Below are positions 37,171 through 50,150 of a stretch of DNA of 64,000 nucleotides, in pieces. The notes below the pieces were generated by a model that did not search any database, had not been told where the DNA came from, and saw nothing but the letters and a program-made list of their open reading frames with translations. Source of the stretch: Azolla caroliniana. Its lineage: Eukaryota; Plantae; Polypodiophyta. The translations under genes and the position numbers were made by a program. The stretch lies in assembly GCA_043228905.1 (NCBI GenBank), contig JBHGNT010000136.1, positions 5,162 to 69,161 of the forward strand. Reading direction: 5' to 3'. The stretch's first letter is position 1. Each line of letters starts with the position of its first letter.

Positions 37171-40100
37171 ATGTTTCACCACAGAAATACAATATCACAC
37201 GACCTAGGTATGAACATTTAAATTTACCTACTTCGTCTTGTCAACTCCCGCTTAAAATTTGCTAATTTCTTCATCTCTCTCGACCTGAGTTTCAAAATCT
37301 TGATTTTTTAATTCCATATCAGAGCAAGCGTTGTTAGCTTCGATTCGCATGTTTGAACACACGAATCCGATATCACACGACCTAGGTATGAACATTTTAA
37401 TTTACCTACTTGCTCTTGTTAACTCCCGCCTCAAATTTGCTAATTTCTTCATGTCTCTTGACGTGAGTTTCAAAATATTGATTTTTTAATTCCATATCAT
37501 AGCAAGCGGAGTTAGCTTCGATTCGCATGTTTGAACACAGAAATCCAATATCACAGGAGCCAAATATGAACATTTTAATTTACTAACGCGTTGTTCTAAA
37601 CTCCCTCCTCAAATTTGCTAATTTCTTCATGTCTCTCGACCTGAGTTTCAAAATCTTGATTTTTTAATTCCATATCATAGCTAGCTTTGTTAGCTTCGAT
37701 TCGCATGTTTGAACACAGGAATCCAATATCACAGGAGATATGAACATTTTAATTTACCTACTTACTCTTGTTAGCTCCCGCCTCAAATTTGCTAATTTCT
37801 TCATGTCTGTCGACCTGAGTTTCAAAATCTTAATGGTTTAATTCCATATCATAGCAAACGTTGTTAGCTTCGATTTGCATGTTTGACCACATAATTTCGA
37901 TATCACACGACCCAGGTATGAACATTTTAATTTACCTACTTGCTCTTATCAACTCTCGCCTCAAATTTGCTAATTTCTTCATGTCTCCCGACCTGAGTTT
38001 CAAAATCTGGATTTTTTAATTCCATATCATAGCTAGGATTGTTGATTCGATTCGCATGTTTGAACAGAAAAATCTAATATCACACGAGCCAGGTATGAAC
38101 ATTTTAATCTACCCAAGGGCTCCTCTCAAATCCCTCCTCAAGTTTGCTAATTTCATCATGTCTCTCGACCTGAGTTTCAAAATATGAACATTTTAATTTA
38201 CCTACTTGCTCTTGTCAACTCCCGCCTCAAATTTGCTAATTTCTTCATATCTCTCGACCTTAGTCTCAAAATCTTGATTTTTTAATTCCATATCATAGCT
38301 ACCGTTGTTAGCTTCGATTCGCATGTTTGAACACATAAATCCGATATCACACGAGCCAGGTATGAACATTTTAATTTACCTAGTAGCTCTTCTCAACTCA
38401 CTCCTCAAATTTAGTAGTTTCGTCATGTCTCTCGACCTGAGTTTCAAAATCTTGATTTTTTAATTCCATATCAAAGCTAGCGTTGTTAGCTTGGATTCGC
38501 ATGTTTGAACACATAAATCCAATATCACACGAGCCAGGTATGAACATTTTAATTTACCCAAGGGCTCCTCTCAACTCCCTCCTCAAGTTTGCTAATTTCT
38601 TCATATCTCTCGACCTGAGTTTCAAAATCTTGATTTTTTAATTCCATATCATAGCTACCGTTGTTAGCTTCGATTCGCATGTTTGAACACATAAATTCGA
38701 TATGACACGAGCCACGTATGAACATTTTAATTTACCTACTACCTCTTCTCAACTCACTCCTCAAATTTGGTAATTTCGTCATGTCTCTCGACCTGAGTTT
38801 CAAAATGTTGATTTTTTAATTCCATATCATAGGTAGCGTTGTTAGCTTCGATTCGCATATTTGAACACAAAAATCCGATATCACACGAGCCAGGTATGAA
38901 CATTTTAATTTACCTACTAGCTCTTCTCAACTCACTCCTCAATTTGGTAATTTCGTCATGTCTCTCGACCTGAGTTTCAAAATCTTGATTTTTTAATTCC
39001 ATATCATAGCTAGCGTTGTTAGATTCGATTCGCATGTTTGAACACAAAAATCCGATATCACACGAGGCAGGTAGGAACATTTTAATTTACTCTAGGGGTC
39101 CTCACAACTCCCTCTTCAAGTTTGCTAATTTCGTCATGTCTCTCGATGTGAGTTTCAAAATCTTGATTTTTTAATTCCATATCATAGCTAGCGTTGTTAG
39201 ATTCGATTCGCATGTTTGAACACAAAAATCCGATTTCACACGAGCCAGGTATGGACATTTTAGTTTACTCAAGGGCTACTCTCAACTCCTTCCTCAAGTT
39301 TATTAATTTCTTCATATCTCTCGACCTGAGTTTCAAAATCTTGAGTTTTTAAATACACATCATAGCTAGCGTTCTTAACTTCGATTCGCATGTTTGAATA
39401 CAAAAATCCGATATCACACTCGCTAGGTATGAACATTTCAATTTACCTACCTACTCTTCTCAACTCCCTCCTCAAATTTGCTAATTCTGTCATGTCTCTC
39501 GACCTGAGTTTGAAAATCTTGATTTTTTAATTCCATATCATAGCTAGCGTTGTTAGCTTCGATTCGCATGTTTGAACACATAAATCCGATATGACACTCG
39601 CCAGCTATGAACATTTAAATTTACCTACTAGCTCTTCTCAACTCACTCCTCAAATTTGGTAATTTCCTCATGTCTCTCGACCTGAGTTTCAAAATCTTGA
39701 CTTTTTAATTCCATATCATAGCTAGCGTTGTTAGATTCGATTCGCATATTTGAACACAAAAATCCGATATCACACGAGCCAGGTAGGAACATTTTAATTT
39801 ACTCAAGGGCTCCTCTCAACTCCCTCCTCAAGTTTGCTATTTTCGTCATGTCTCTCGACCTGAGTTTCAAAATCTTGATTTTTTAATTCCATATCATAGC
39901 TAGTGTTGTTAGCTTCGATTCGCATGTTTGAACACAAAAATCCGATATCACACGAGCCAGGTATGGACATTTTAATTTACTGAAGGGCTCCTCTCAACTC
40001 CCTCCTCAAGTTTGCTAATTTATTCATATCTCTCGACCTGAGTTTCAAAATCTTGATTTTTCAATTCCATATCATAGCTAGCGTTGTTAGCTTCGATTCG

Positions 40101-42229
40101 CATGTTTGAACGCCTCAAATCCGATATCATACGAGCCAGGTACGAACATTTTAATTTACTCAAGGGCTCCTCTCAACTCCCTCCTCAAGTTTGCTAATTT
40201 CGTCATGCCTCTCGACCTGAGTTTCAAAATCTTGATTTTTTAATTCCATATCATAGCTTGTGTTGTTAGCTTCGATTCGCATGTCTGAACACAAAAATCC
40301 GATATCACACGAGCCAGGTATCAAACATTTTAATTTACCTACAAGCTCTTCTCAACTCCCTCCTCGAATTTGGTAATTTCGTCATGTCTCTCGACCTGAG
40401 TTTCAAAATCTTGATTTTTTAATTCCATATCAAAACTAGCGTTGTTAGCTTCGATTCGCATATTTGAACACAAAAATCCGATATCACACGAGCCAGGTAT
40501 GAACATTTTAATTTACTCAAGGGCTCCTCTCAACTTCCTCCTCAAGTTTGCTAATTTCTTCATATCTCTCGACCTAAGTTTGAAAATCTTGAGTTTTTAA
40601 ATCCACATCATAGCTAGCGTTGTTAGCTTTGATTCGCATATTCGCATATCACACTCGCCAGGTATGAACATTTTAATTTACCTACTAGCTCTTCTCAACT
40701 CACTCCTCAATTTGGTAATTTCGTCATGTCTCTCGACCTGAGTTTCAAAATCTTGATTTTTTAATTCCATATCATAGCTAGCGTTGTTAGATTCGATTCG
40801 CATGTTTGAACACAAAAATCCGATATCACACGAGGCAGGTAGGAACATTTTAATTTACTCTAGGGGTCCTCACAACTCCCTCTTCAAGTTTGCTAATTTC
40901 GTCATGTCTCTCGATGTGAGTGTCAAAATCTTGATTTTTTAATTCCATATCATAGCTAGCGTTGTTAGATTCGATTCGCATGTTTGAACACAAAAATTCG
41001 ATTTCACACGAGCCAGGTATGGACATTTTAGTTTACTCAAGGGCTCCTCTCAACTCCCTCCTCAAGTTTGTTAATTTCTTCATATCTCTCGACCTGAGTT
41101 TCAAAATCTTGAGTTTTTAAATCCACATCATAGCTAGCGTTCTTAGCTTCGATTCGCATGTTTGAATACAAAAATCCGATATCACACTCGCCAGGTATGA
41201 ACATTTTAATTTACCTACCTACTCTTCTCAACTCCCTCCTCAAATTTGCTAATTTCGTCATGTCTCTCGACCGGAATTTGAAAATCTTGATTTTTTAATT
41301 CCATATCATAGCTAGCGTTGTTAGCTTCGATTCGCATGTTTGAACACATAAATCCGATATGACACTCGCCAGGTATGAACATTTAAATTTACCTACTAGC
41401 TCTTCTCAACTCACTCCTCAAATTTGGTAATTTCCTCATGTCTCTCGACCTGAGTTTCAAAATCTTGACTTTTTAATTCCATATCATAGCTAGCGTTGTT
41501 AGATTCGATTTGCATATTTGAACACAAAAATCCGATATCACACGAGCCAGGTAGGAACATTTTAATTTACTCAAGGACTCCTCTCAACTCCCTCCTCAAG
41601 TTTGCTATTTTCGTCATGTCTCTCGACCTGAGTTTCAAAATCTTGATTTTTTAATTCCATATCATAGATAGCGTTGTTAGATTCGATTCGCATGTTTGAA
41701 CACAAAAATCCGATATCACACGAGCCAGGTAGGAACATTTTAATTTACTCAAGGGCTCCTCTCAACTCCCTCCTCAAGTTTGCTATTTTCGTCATGTCTC
41801 TCGACCTGAGTTTCAAAATCTTGATTTTTTAATTCCATATCATAGCTAGCGTTGTTAGCTTCGATTCGCATGTTTGAACACATAAATCCAATATCACACG
41901 ATCCAGGTATGAACATGTTAATTTACCTGCTAGCTCTTCTCAACTCACTCCCCAAATTTAGTAGTTTCGTCATGTCTCTCGACCTGAGTTTCAAAATCTT
42001 GATTTTTTAATTCCATATCATAGCTAGCGTTGTTAGCTTCGATTCGCATGTTTGAACACAAAAACCCGATATCACACTCGCCAGGTATGAACATTTTAAT
42101 TTACCTACTAGCTCTTCTCAACTCACTCCTCAAATTTTGTAATTTCGTCATGTCTCTCGACCTGAGTTTCAAAATCTTGATTTTTTAATTCCATATCATA
42201 GCTAGCGTTGTTAGCTTCGATTCGCATGT

Positions 42230-45200
42230 TTGAACACAGAATTCGGATATCACACGACCCGGGTATGAACATTTTAATTTACCTACTTGCTCTTATCAAC
42301 TCCCGCCTCAAATATGCTAATTTCTTCATGTCTCTCGACCTGAGTTTCAAAATCTTGATTTTTTAATTCCATATCATAGCAAGCGTTGTTAGCTTTGATT
42401 CGAATGTTCGAATGTTCGAATTTACCTACTTGGTCTTGTCAACTCCCGCCTAAAATTTGCTAATTTCTTCATGTCTATCTACGTGAGTTTCAAAATCTTG
42501 ATTTTTTAATTCCATATCATAGAAAGCGTTGTTAGCTTCCATTCGCATGTTTGAACACAGGAATCCAATATCACAGGACCCAGGTATGAACATTTTAATT
42601 TACCTACTTGCTGTTGTCAACTCCCGCCTCAAATTTGCTAATTTCTTCATGTCTCTCGACCTGAGTTTCAAAATCTTGATTTTTTAATTCCATATCATAG
42701 CAAACGTTGTTAGCTTTGATTCACATGTTTGAACTTAGAAATCCGATATCACAGGAGCAAAATATGAAATTTGCTAATTTCTTCATGTCTCTCGACCTGA
42801 GTTTCAAAATCTTAATTTTTTAATTCCATATCATAGTAAATGTTGTTAGCTTCGATTCGCATGTTTCACCACATAATTCCAATATCACACGACCCAGGTA
42901 TGAATATTTTAATTTACGTACTAGCTCTTCTCAACTCACTCCTCAAATTTTACATGAGCTAGGTATGAATATTTTAATTTACGTACTAGCTCTTCTCAAT
43001 TCACATGAGCTAGGTATGAACATTTTAATTTACTAACGCGCTCTTGTCAACTCCCGCCTAAAATTTGCTAATTTCTTCATGTCTCTCGACATGAAGAATC
43101 AAAATCTTGATTTTTTAATTCCATATCATAGCAAGCGTTGTTAACTTCGATTCGCATATTTGAACACAGGAATCCAATATCACAGGAGATATGAACATTT
43201 TAATTTACCTACTTACTCTTGTTAACTCCCGCCTCAAATTTGCTAATTTCTTCATGTCTCTCGACCTGAGTTTACAAATCTTGATTTTTTAATTCCATAT
43301 CATAGCAAGCGTTGTTAGCTTCGATTCGAATGTTTCACCACAGAATTCCGATATCACACGACCCAGGTATGAACATTTTGATTTACCTACTTGCTCTTGT
43401 CAACTCCCGCCTCAAATTTGCTAATTTCTTCATGTCTCTCGACCTGAGTTTCAAAATCTTGATTTTTTAATTCCATATCATAGCAAGCGTTGTTAGCTTT
43501 GATTCGCATGTTTGAACACAGAAATCCGATATTACAGGAGCCAGATATGAACATTTTAATTTAGTAACGCGCTCTTGTCAACTCCCGCCTCAAATTTGCT
43601 AATTTCTTCATGTCTCTCGACCTGAGTTTCAAAATCTTGATTTTTTAATTCCATATGCTAGCAAGCGTTGTTAGCTTCCATTCGCATGTTTGAACACAGG
43701 AATCCAATATCACAGGAGCCAGATATGAACATTTTAATTTACCTACTTACTCTTGTCAACTCCCGCCTCAAATTTGCTAATTTCGTCATGTCTCTCGACC
43801 TGAGTTCTAAAATCGTGATTTTTTAACTCCATATCATAGCTAGCTTTGTTAGCTTCGATTCGCATGTTTGAACACAAAAATCCGATATCACACGAGCCAG
43901 GTATGAACATTTTAATTTACCTACTAGCTCTTCTCAACCTAACGCGCTCTTTTCAACTCCCGCCTAAAATTTGCTAATTTCTTCATGTCTCTCGACCTGA
44001 GTTTCAAAATCTAAATTTTTTAATTCCATATGGTAGCAAGCGTTGTTAGCTTCAATTCGCATGTTTGAACACAGGAATCCAATATCACAGGAGCCAGATA
44101 TGAACTTTTTAATTTACCTACTTACTCTTGTCAACTCCCGCCTCAAATTTGCTAATTTCATCATCTCTCTCGACCTGAGTTTCAAATTTAATTCTATATC
44201 ATAGCTAGCTTTGTTAGCTTCGATTCGCATGTTTGAACACAAAAATCCGATATCACACGAGCCAGGTATGAACATTTTAATTTACCTAGTTGCTCTTGTG
44301 AACTCCCGCCTAAAATTTGCTAATTTCTTCATGTCTCTCGACCTGAGTTTCAAAATCCTGATTTTTTAATTCTATATCATAGCTAGCTTTGTTAGCTTCG
44401 ATTCGCATGTTTGAACACAAAAATCCGATATAACACGAGGCAGGTATGAACATTTTAATTTACCTACTTGCTCTTGGCAACTCCCGCCTCAAATTTGCTA
44501 ATTTCTTCATGTCTCTCGACCTGAGTTTCAAAATCTTAATTTTTTAATTCCATATCATATCAAGCCTTGTTAGCTTCAATTCGCATGTTTCACCACAGAA
44601 TTCCGATATCACACGACCCAGGTATCAACATTATAATTCACCTATTTGCTCTTGTCAACTCCCGCCTCAAATTTACTAATTTCTTCATGTCTCTCGACCT
44701 GAGTTTCAAAATCTTTATTTTTTAATTCCATATCATAGCAAGCGGAGTTAGCTTCGATTCGCATGTTTGAACAAAAAAATCCAATATCACACGACCTAGG
44801 TATGAACATTTTAATTTACCTACTTGCTCTTGTCAACTCATGCATCAAATTTGCTAATTTCTTCATGTCTCTCGACCTGAGTTCCAAAATCTTGATTTTT
44901 TAATTCCATATCATAGCTAGCTTTGTTAGCTTCGATTCGCATGTTTGAACACAGAAATCCGATATCACAGGAGCCAGATATGAACATTTTAATTTACTAA
45001 CGCGCTCTTGTCAGCTCCCGCCTCAAATTTGCTAATTTCTTCATGTCTCTCGACCTCAGTTTCAAAATCTAGATTTTTTAATTCCATATCATAAGAAGCG
45101 GAGTTAACTTCGATTCGCATGTTTGAACAAAAAAATCTAATATCACACGACCTAGGTATGAACATTTTAATTTACCTACTTGCTCTTGTCAACTCCTGCC

Positions 45201-48200
45201 TAAAATTTGCTAATTTCTTCATGTCTCTCGACCTGAGTTTCAAAATCTTGATTTTTTAATTCCATATCATAGCAAGCGGAGTTAGCTTCGATTCGCATGT
45301 TTGAACAAAAAAATCCAATATCACACGACCTAGGTATGAACATTTTAATTTACCTACTTGCTCTTGTCAACTCATGCATCAAATTTGCTAATTTCTTCAT
45401 GTCTCTCGACCTGACTTTCAAAATCTTGATTTTCTAATTCTATATCATTGCAAGCTTTGTTAGCTTCGATTCGCATGTTTGAACACAAAAATCCGATATC
45501 ACACGAGCCAGGTATGAACATTTTAATTTACTAACACGCTCTTGTGAAATCCCGCCTAAAATTTGCTAATTTCTTCATGTCTCTCGGCCTGAGTTTCAAA
45601 ATCTGGATTTTTTAATTCCATATGATAGCAAGCGTTGTTAGCTTCCATTCGCATGTTTGAATACAGGAATCCAATATCACAGGAGCCAGATATGAACATT
45701 TTAATTTACCTACTTGCTCTTGTCAACTCCCGCCTCGAATTTGCTAATTTCTTCATGTCTCTCGACGTGTGTTTCAAAATCTTGATTTCTTATTCTATAT
45801 CATAGCAAGCGTTGTTAGCTTCGATTCGCATGTTTCACCACAGAATTCCGATATCACACGACCCAGGTATGAAAATTTTAATTTACCTAGTTGCTCTTGT
45901 CAACTCCCGCCTCAAATTTGCTAATTTCTTCATGTCTCTCGACCTGAGTTTCAAAATCTTGATTTTTTAATTCCATATTATAGCAAGCGTTGTTAGCTTC
46001 GATTCGCATGTTTCACCACAGAATTCCGATATCACACGACCCAGGTATGAACATTTTAATTTACCTACTTGCTCCTGTCAACTCCTGCCTCAAATTTGCG
46101 AATTTCTTCATGTCTCTCGACCTAAGTTTCAAAATCTTGATTTTTTAATTCCATATCATAGCAAGCGTTGTTAACTTCGATTCGCATGTTTCACCACAGA
46201 ATCCCGATATCACACGACCCAGGTATGAACATTTTAATTTACCTACATGCTCTTGTCAACTCCCGCCTCAAATTTGCTAATTTCTTCATGTCTCTCCACC
46301 TGAGTTTCAAAATCTTGATTTTTTAATTCCATATCATAGCAAACGTTGTTAGCTTTCATTCGCATGTTTGAACACAGATATCCGATATCACAGGAGCCAG
46401 ATATGAACATTTTAATTTACTAACGCGCTCTTGTCAGCTCCCGCCTCAAATTTGCTAATTTCTTCATGTCTCTCGACTTGAGTTTCAAAATCTTGATTTT
46501 TTAATTCCATATCATAGCTAGCGGAGTTAGCTTCGATTCGCATGTTTGAACACAGAAATCCAATATCACAGGAGCCAAATATGAACAGTTTAATTTACTA
46601 ACGGGTTGTTCTAAACTCCCTCCTCAAATTTGCTAATTTCTTCATGTCTCTCGACGTGAGTTTCAAAATATTGGTTTTTTAATTCCATATCAGAGCTAGC
46701 GTTGTTAGCTTCGATTCGCATGTTTGAACACAGAAATCCAATATTACAGAAGCCAAATATGAACATTTTAATTTACTAACCCGTTGTTCTAAACTCCCTC
46801 CTCAAATTTGCTAATTTCTTCATCTCTCTCGACCTGAGTTTCAAAATCTTGATTTTTTAATTCCATATTATAGCTAGCTTTGTTAGCTTCGATTCGCATG
46901 TTTGAACACAAAAATCCGATATCACACGACCCAAGTATGAACATTTTAATTTACTAACGCGCTCTTGTCAACTCCCGCCTAAAATTTGCTAATTTCTTGA
47001 TGTCTCTTGACCTGAGTTTCAAAATCTGGATTTTTTAATTCCATATCATAGCAAGCGTTGTTAGCTTTGATTCGAATGTTCGAATGTTCGAATTTACCTA
47101 CTTGCTCTTGTCAACTCCCGCCTCAAATTTGCTAATTTCTTCATGTCTCTCTACGTGAGTTTCAAAATCTTGATTTTTTAATTCCATATCATAGAAAGCG
47201 TTGTTAGCTTCCATTCGCATGTTTGAACACAGGAATCCAATATCACAGGACCCAGGTATGAACATTTTAATTTACCTACTTGCTCTTGTCAACTCCCGCC
47301 TCAAATTTGCTAATTTCTTCATGTCTCTCGACCTGAGTTTCAAAATCTTGATTTTTTAATTCCATATCATAGCAAACGTTGTTAGCTTTGATTCACATGT
47401 TTGAACTTAGAAATCCGATATCACAGGAGCAAAATATGAAATTTGCTAATTTCTTCATGTCTCTCGACCTGAGTTTCAAAATCTTAATTTTTTAATTCCA
47501 TATCATAGTAAACGTTGTTAGCTTCGATTCGCATGTTTCACCACATAATTCCAATATCACACGACCCAGGTATGAACATTTTAATTTACGTACTAGCTCT
47601 TCTCAACTCACTCCTCAAATTTGCTAATATCTTCATGTCTCTCGACCTAAGTTTCAAAATCTTGATTTTTTAATTCCATATCATAGCAAGCGTTGTTAGC
47701 TTCGATTCGCATGTTTGAACACAGAATTCGGATATCACACGACCCGGGTATGAACATTTTAATTTACCTACTTGCTCTTGTCAACTCCCGCCTCAAATTT
47801 GCTAATTTCTTCATGTCTCTCGACCTGAGTTTCAAAATCTTTATTTTTTAATTCCATGTCATAGCAAGCGGAGTTAGCTTCGATTCGCATGTTTGAACAC
47901 AGAAATCCAATATCACAGGAGCCAAATATGAACATTTTAATTTACTAACGCGTTGTTCTAAACTCCCTCCTCAAATTTGCTAATTTCTTCATGTCTCTCG
48001 ACGTGAGTTTCAAAATATTGATTTTTTAATTCGATATCAGAGCTAGCGTTGTTAGCTTCGATTCGCATGTTTGAACACAGAAATCCAATATCACAGAAGC
48101 CAAATATGAACATTTTAATTTACTAACGCTTTGTTCTAAACTCCCTCCTCAAATTTGCTAATTTCTTCATGTCTCTCGACCTGAGTTTCAAAATCTTGGG

Positions 48201-50150
48201 TTTAGGGTTTAGGGTTTAGGGTTTAGGGTTTAGGGTTTAGGGTTGGATTTTTAATTCCATATCATAGCTAGCTTTGTTAGCTTTGATTCGCATGTTTGAA
48301 GACAGGAATCCCATATCACAGGAGATATGAACATTTTAATTTACCTACTTACTCTTGTTAGCTCCCGCCTCAAATTTGCTAATTTCTTCATGTCTGTCGA
48401 CCTGAGTTTCAAAATCTTAATTTTTTAATTCCATATCATAGCAAACGTTGTTAGCTTCGATTTGCATGTTTGACCACATAATTTCGATATCACACGACCC
48501 AGGTATGAACATTTTAATTTACCTACTTGCTCTTCTCAACTCTCGCCTCAAATTTGCTAATTTCTTCATGTCTCCCGACCTGAGTTTCAAAATCTTGATT
48601 TTTTAATTCCATATGATAGCAAGCGTTGTTAGCTTCCATTCGCATGTTTGAACACAGGAATCCAATATCACAGGAGCCAGATATGAACATTTTAATTTAC
48701 CTACTTGCTCTTGTCAACTCCCGCCTCAAATTTGCTAATTTCTTCATATCTCTCGACCTTAGTTTCAAAATCTTGATTTTTTAATTCTACATCATAGCTA
48801 GCTTTGTTAGCTTCGATTCGCATGTTTGAACACAAAAATCCGATATCACACGACCCAGGTATGAACATTTTAATTTACCTACTTGCTCTTGTCAACTCCC
48901 GCCTCAAATTTGCTAATTTCTTCATGTCTCTCGACCTGAGTTTCAAAATCTTAATTTATTAATTCCATATCATAGTAAACGTTGTTAGCTTCGATTCGCA
49001 TGTTTCACCACATAATTCCAATATCACACGACCCAGGTATGAACATTTTAATTTACGTACTAGCTCTTCTCAACTCACTCCTCAAATTTGCTAATTTCTT
49101 CATGTCTCTCGACCTAAGTTTCAAAATCTTGATTTTTTAATTCCATATCATAGCAAGCGTTGTTAGCTTCGATTCGCATGTTTGAACACAGAATTCGGAT
49201 ATCACACGACCCGGGTATGAACATTTTAATTTACCTACTTGCTCTTGTCAACTCCCGCCTCAAATTTGCTAATTTCTTCATGTCTCTCGACCTGAGTTTC
49301 AAAATCTTGATTTTTTAATTCCATATCATAGCAAGCGTTGTTAGCTTTGATTCGAATGTTCGAATGTTCGAATTTACCTACTTGCTCTTGTCAACTCCCG
49401 CCTCAAATTTGCTAATTTCTTCATGTCTCTCTACGTGAGTTTCAAAATCTTGATTTTTTAATTCCATATCATAGAAAGCGTTGTTAGCTTCCATTCGCAT
49501 GTTTGAACACAGGAATCCAATATCACAGGACCCAGGTATGAACATTTTAATTTACCTACTTGCTCTTGTCAACTCCCGCCTCAAATTTGCTTATTTCTTC
49601 ATGTCTCTCGACCTGAGTTTCAAAATCTTGATTTTTTAATTCCATATCATAGCAAACGTTTTTAGCTTTGATTCGCATGTTTGAACACAGGAATCCGATA
49701 TCACACGAGCTAGGTATGAACATTTTAATTTACCCACCTTCTCTTGTTAACTCCCGCCTCAAATTTGCTAATTTCTTCATGTCTCTCGACCTGAGTTTCA
49801 AAATCTTGATTTTTTAATTCCATATCATAGCAAGCGGAGTGAGCTTCGATTCGCATGTTTGAACACAAAAATCCAATATCACAGGAGCCAAATATGAACA
49901 TTTTAATTTACTAACGCGTTGTTTTAAACTCCCTCCTCAAATTTGCTAATTTCCTCATGTCTCTCGACGTGAGTTTCAAAATATTGATTTTTTAATTCCA
50001 TATCAGAGCTAGCGTTGTTAGCTTCGATTCGCACGTTTGAACACAGAAATCCAATATCACAGAAGCCAAATATGAACATTTTAATTTACTAACGCGTTGT
50101 TCTAAACTCCCTCCTCAAATTTGCTAATTTATTCATGTCTCTCGACCTGA
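42230..50150 (+). repeat. Diverged satellite sub-family domain with many indels
   Basis: Diagnostic variants aactcccgcctc, tagcaagcg, acaggagccagat, gtttcaccacag and gcggagttag. A short block of the same type lies at about 37150-38280. Confidence 0.8.
48199..48245 (+). repeat. Interstitial telomeric tract gg(TTTAGGG)6ttg inserted in a satellite monomer
   Basis: caaaatcttg|gg(tttaggg)6ttg|gatttttaattcc; six perfect units at 48201-48242. Confidence 0.97.

Noticed and set aside
48199-48245. Chromosome-fusion relic or true chromosome end
   Set aside because: Short, single orientation, and the same monomer continues in register on both sides.
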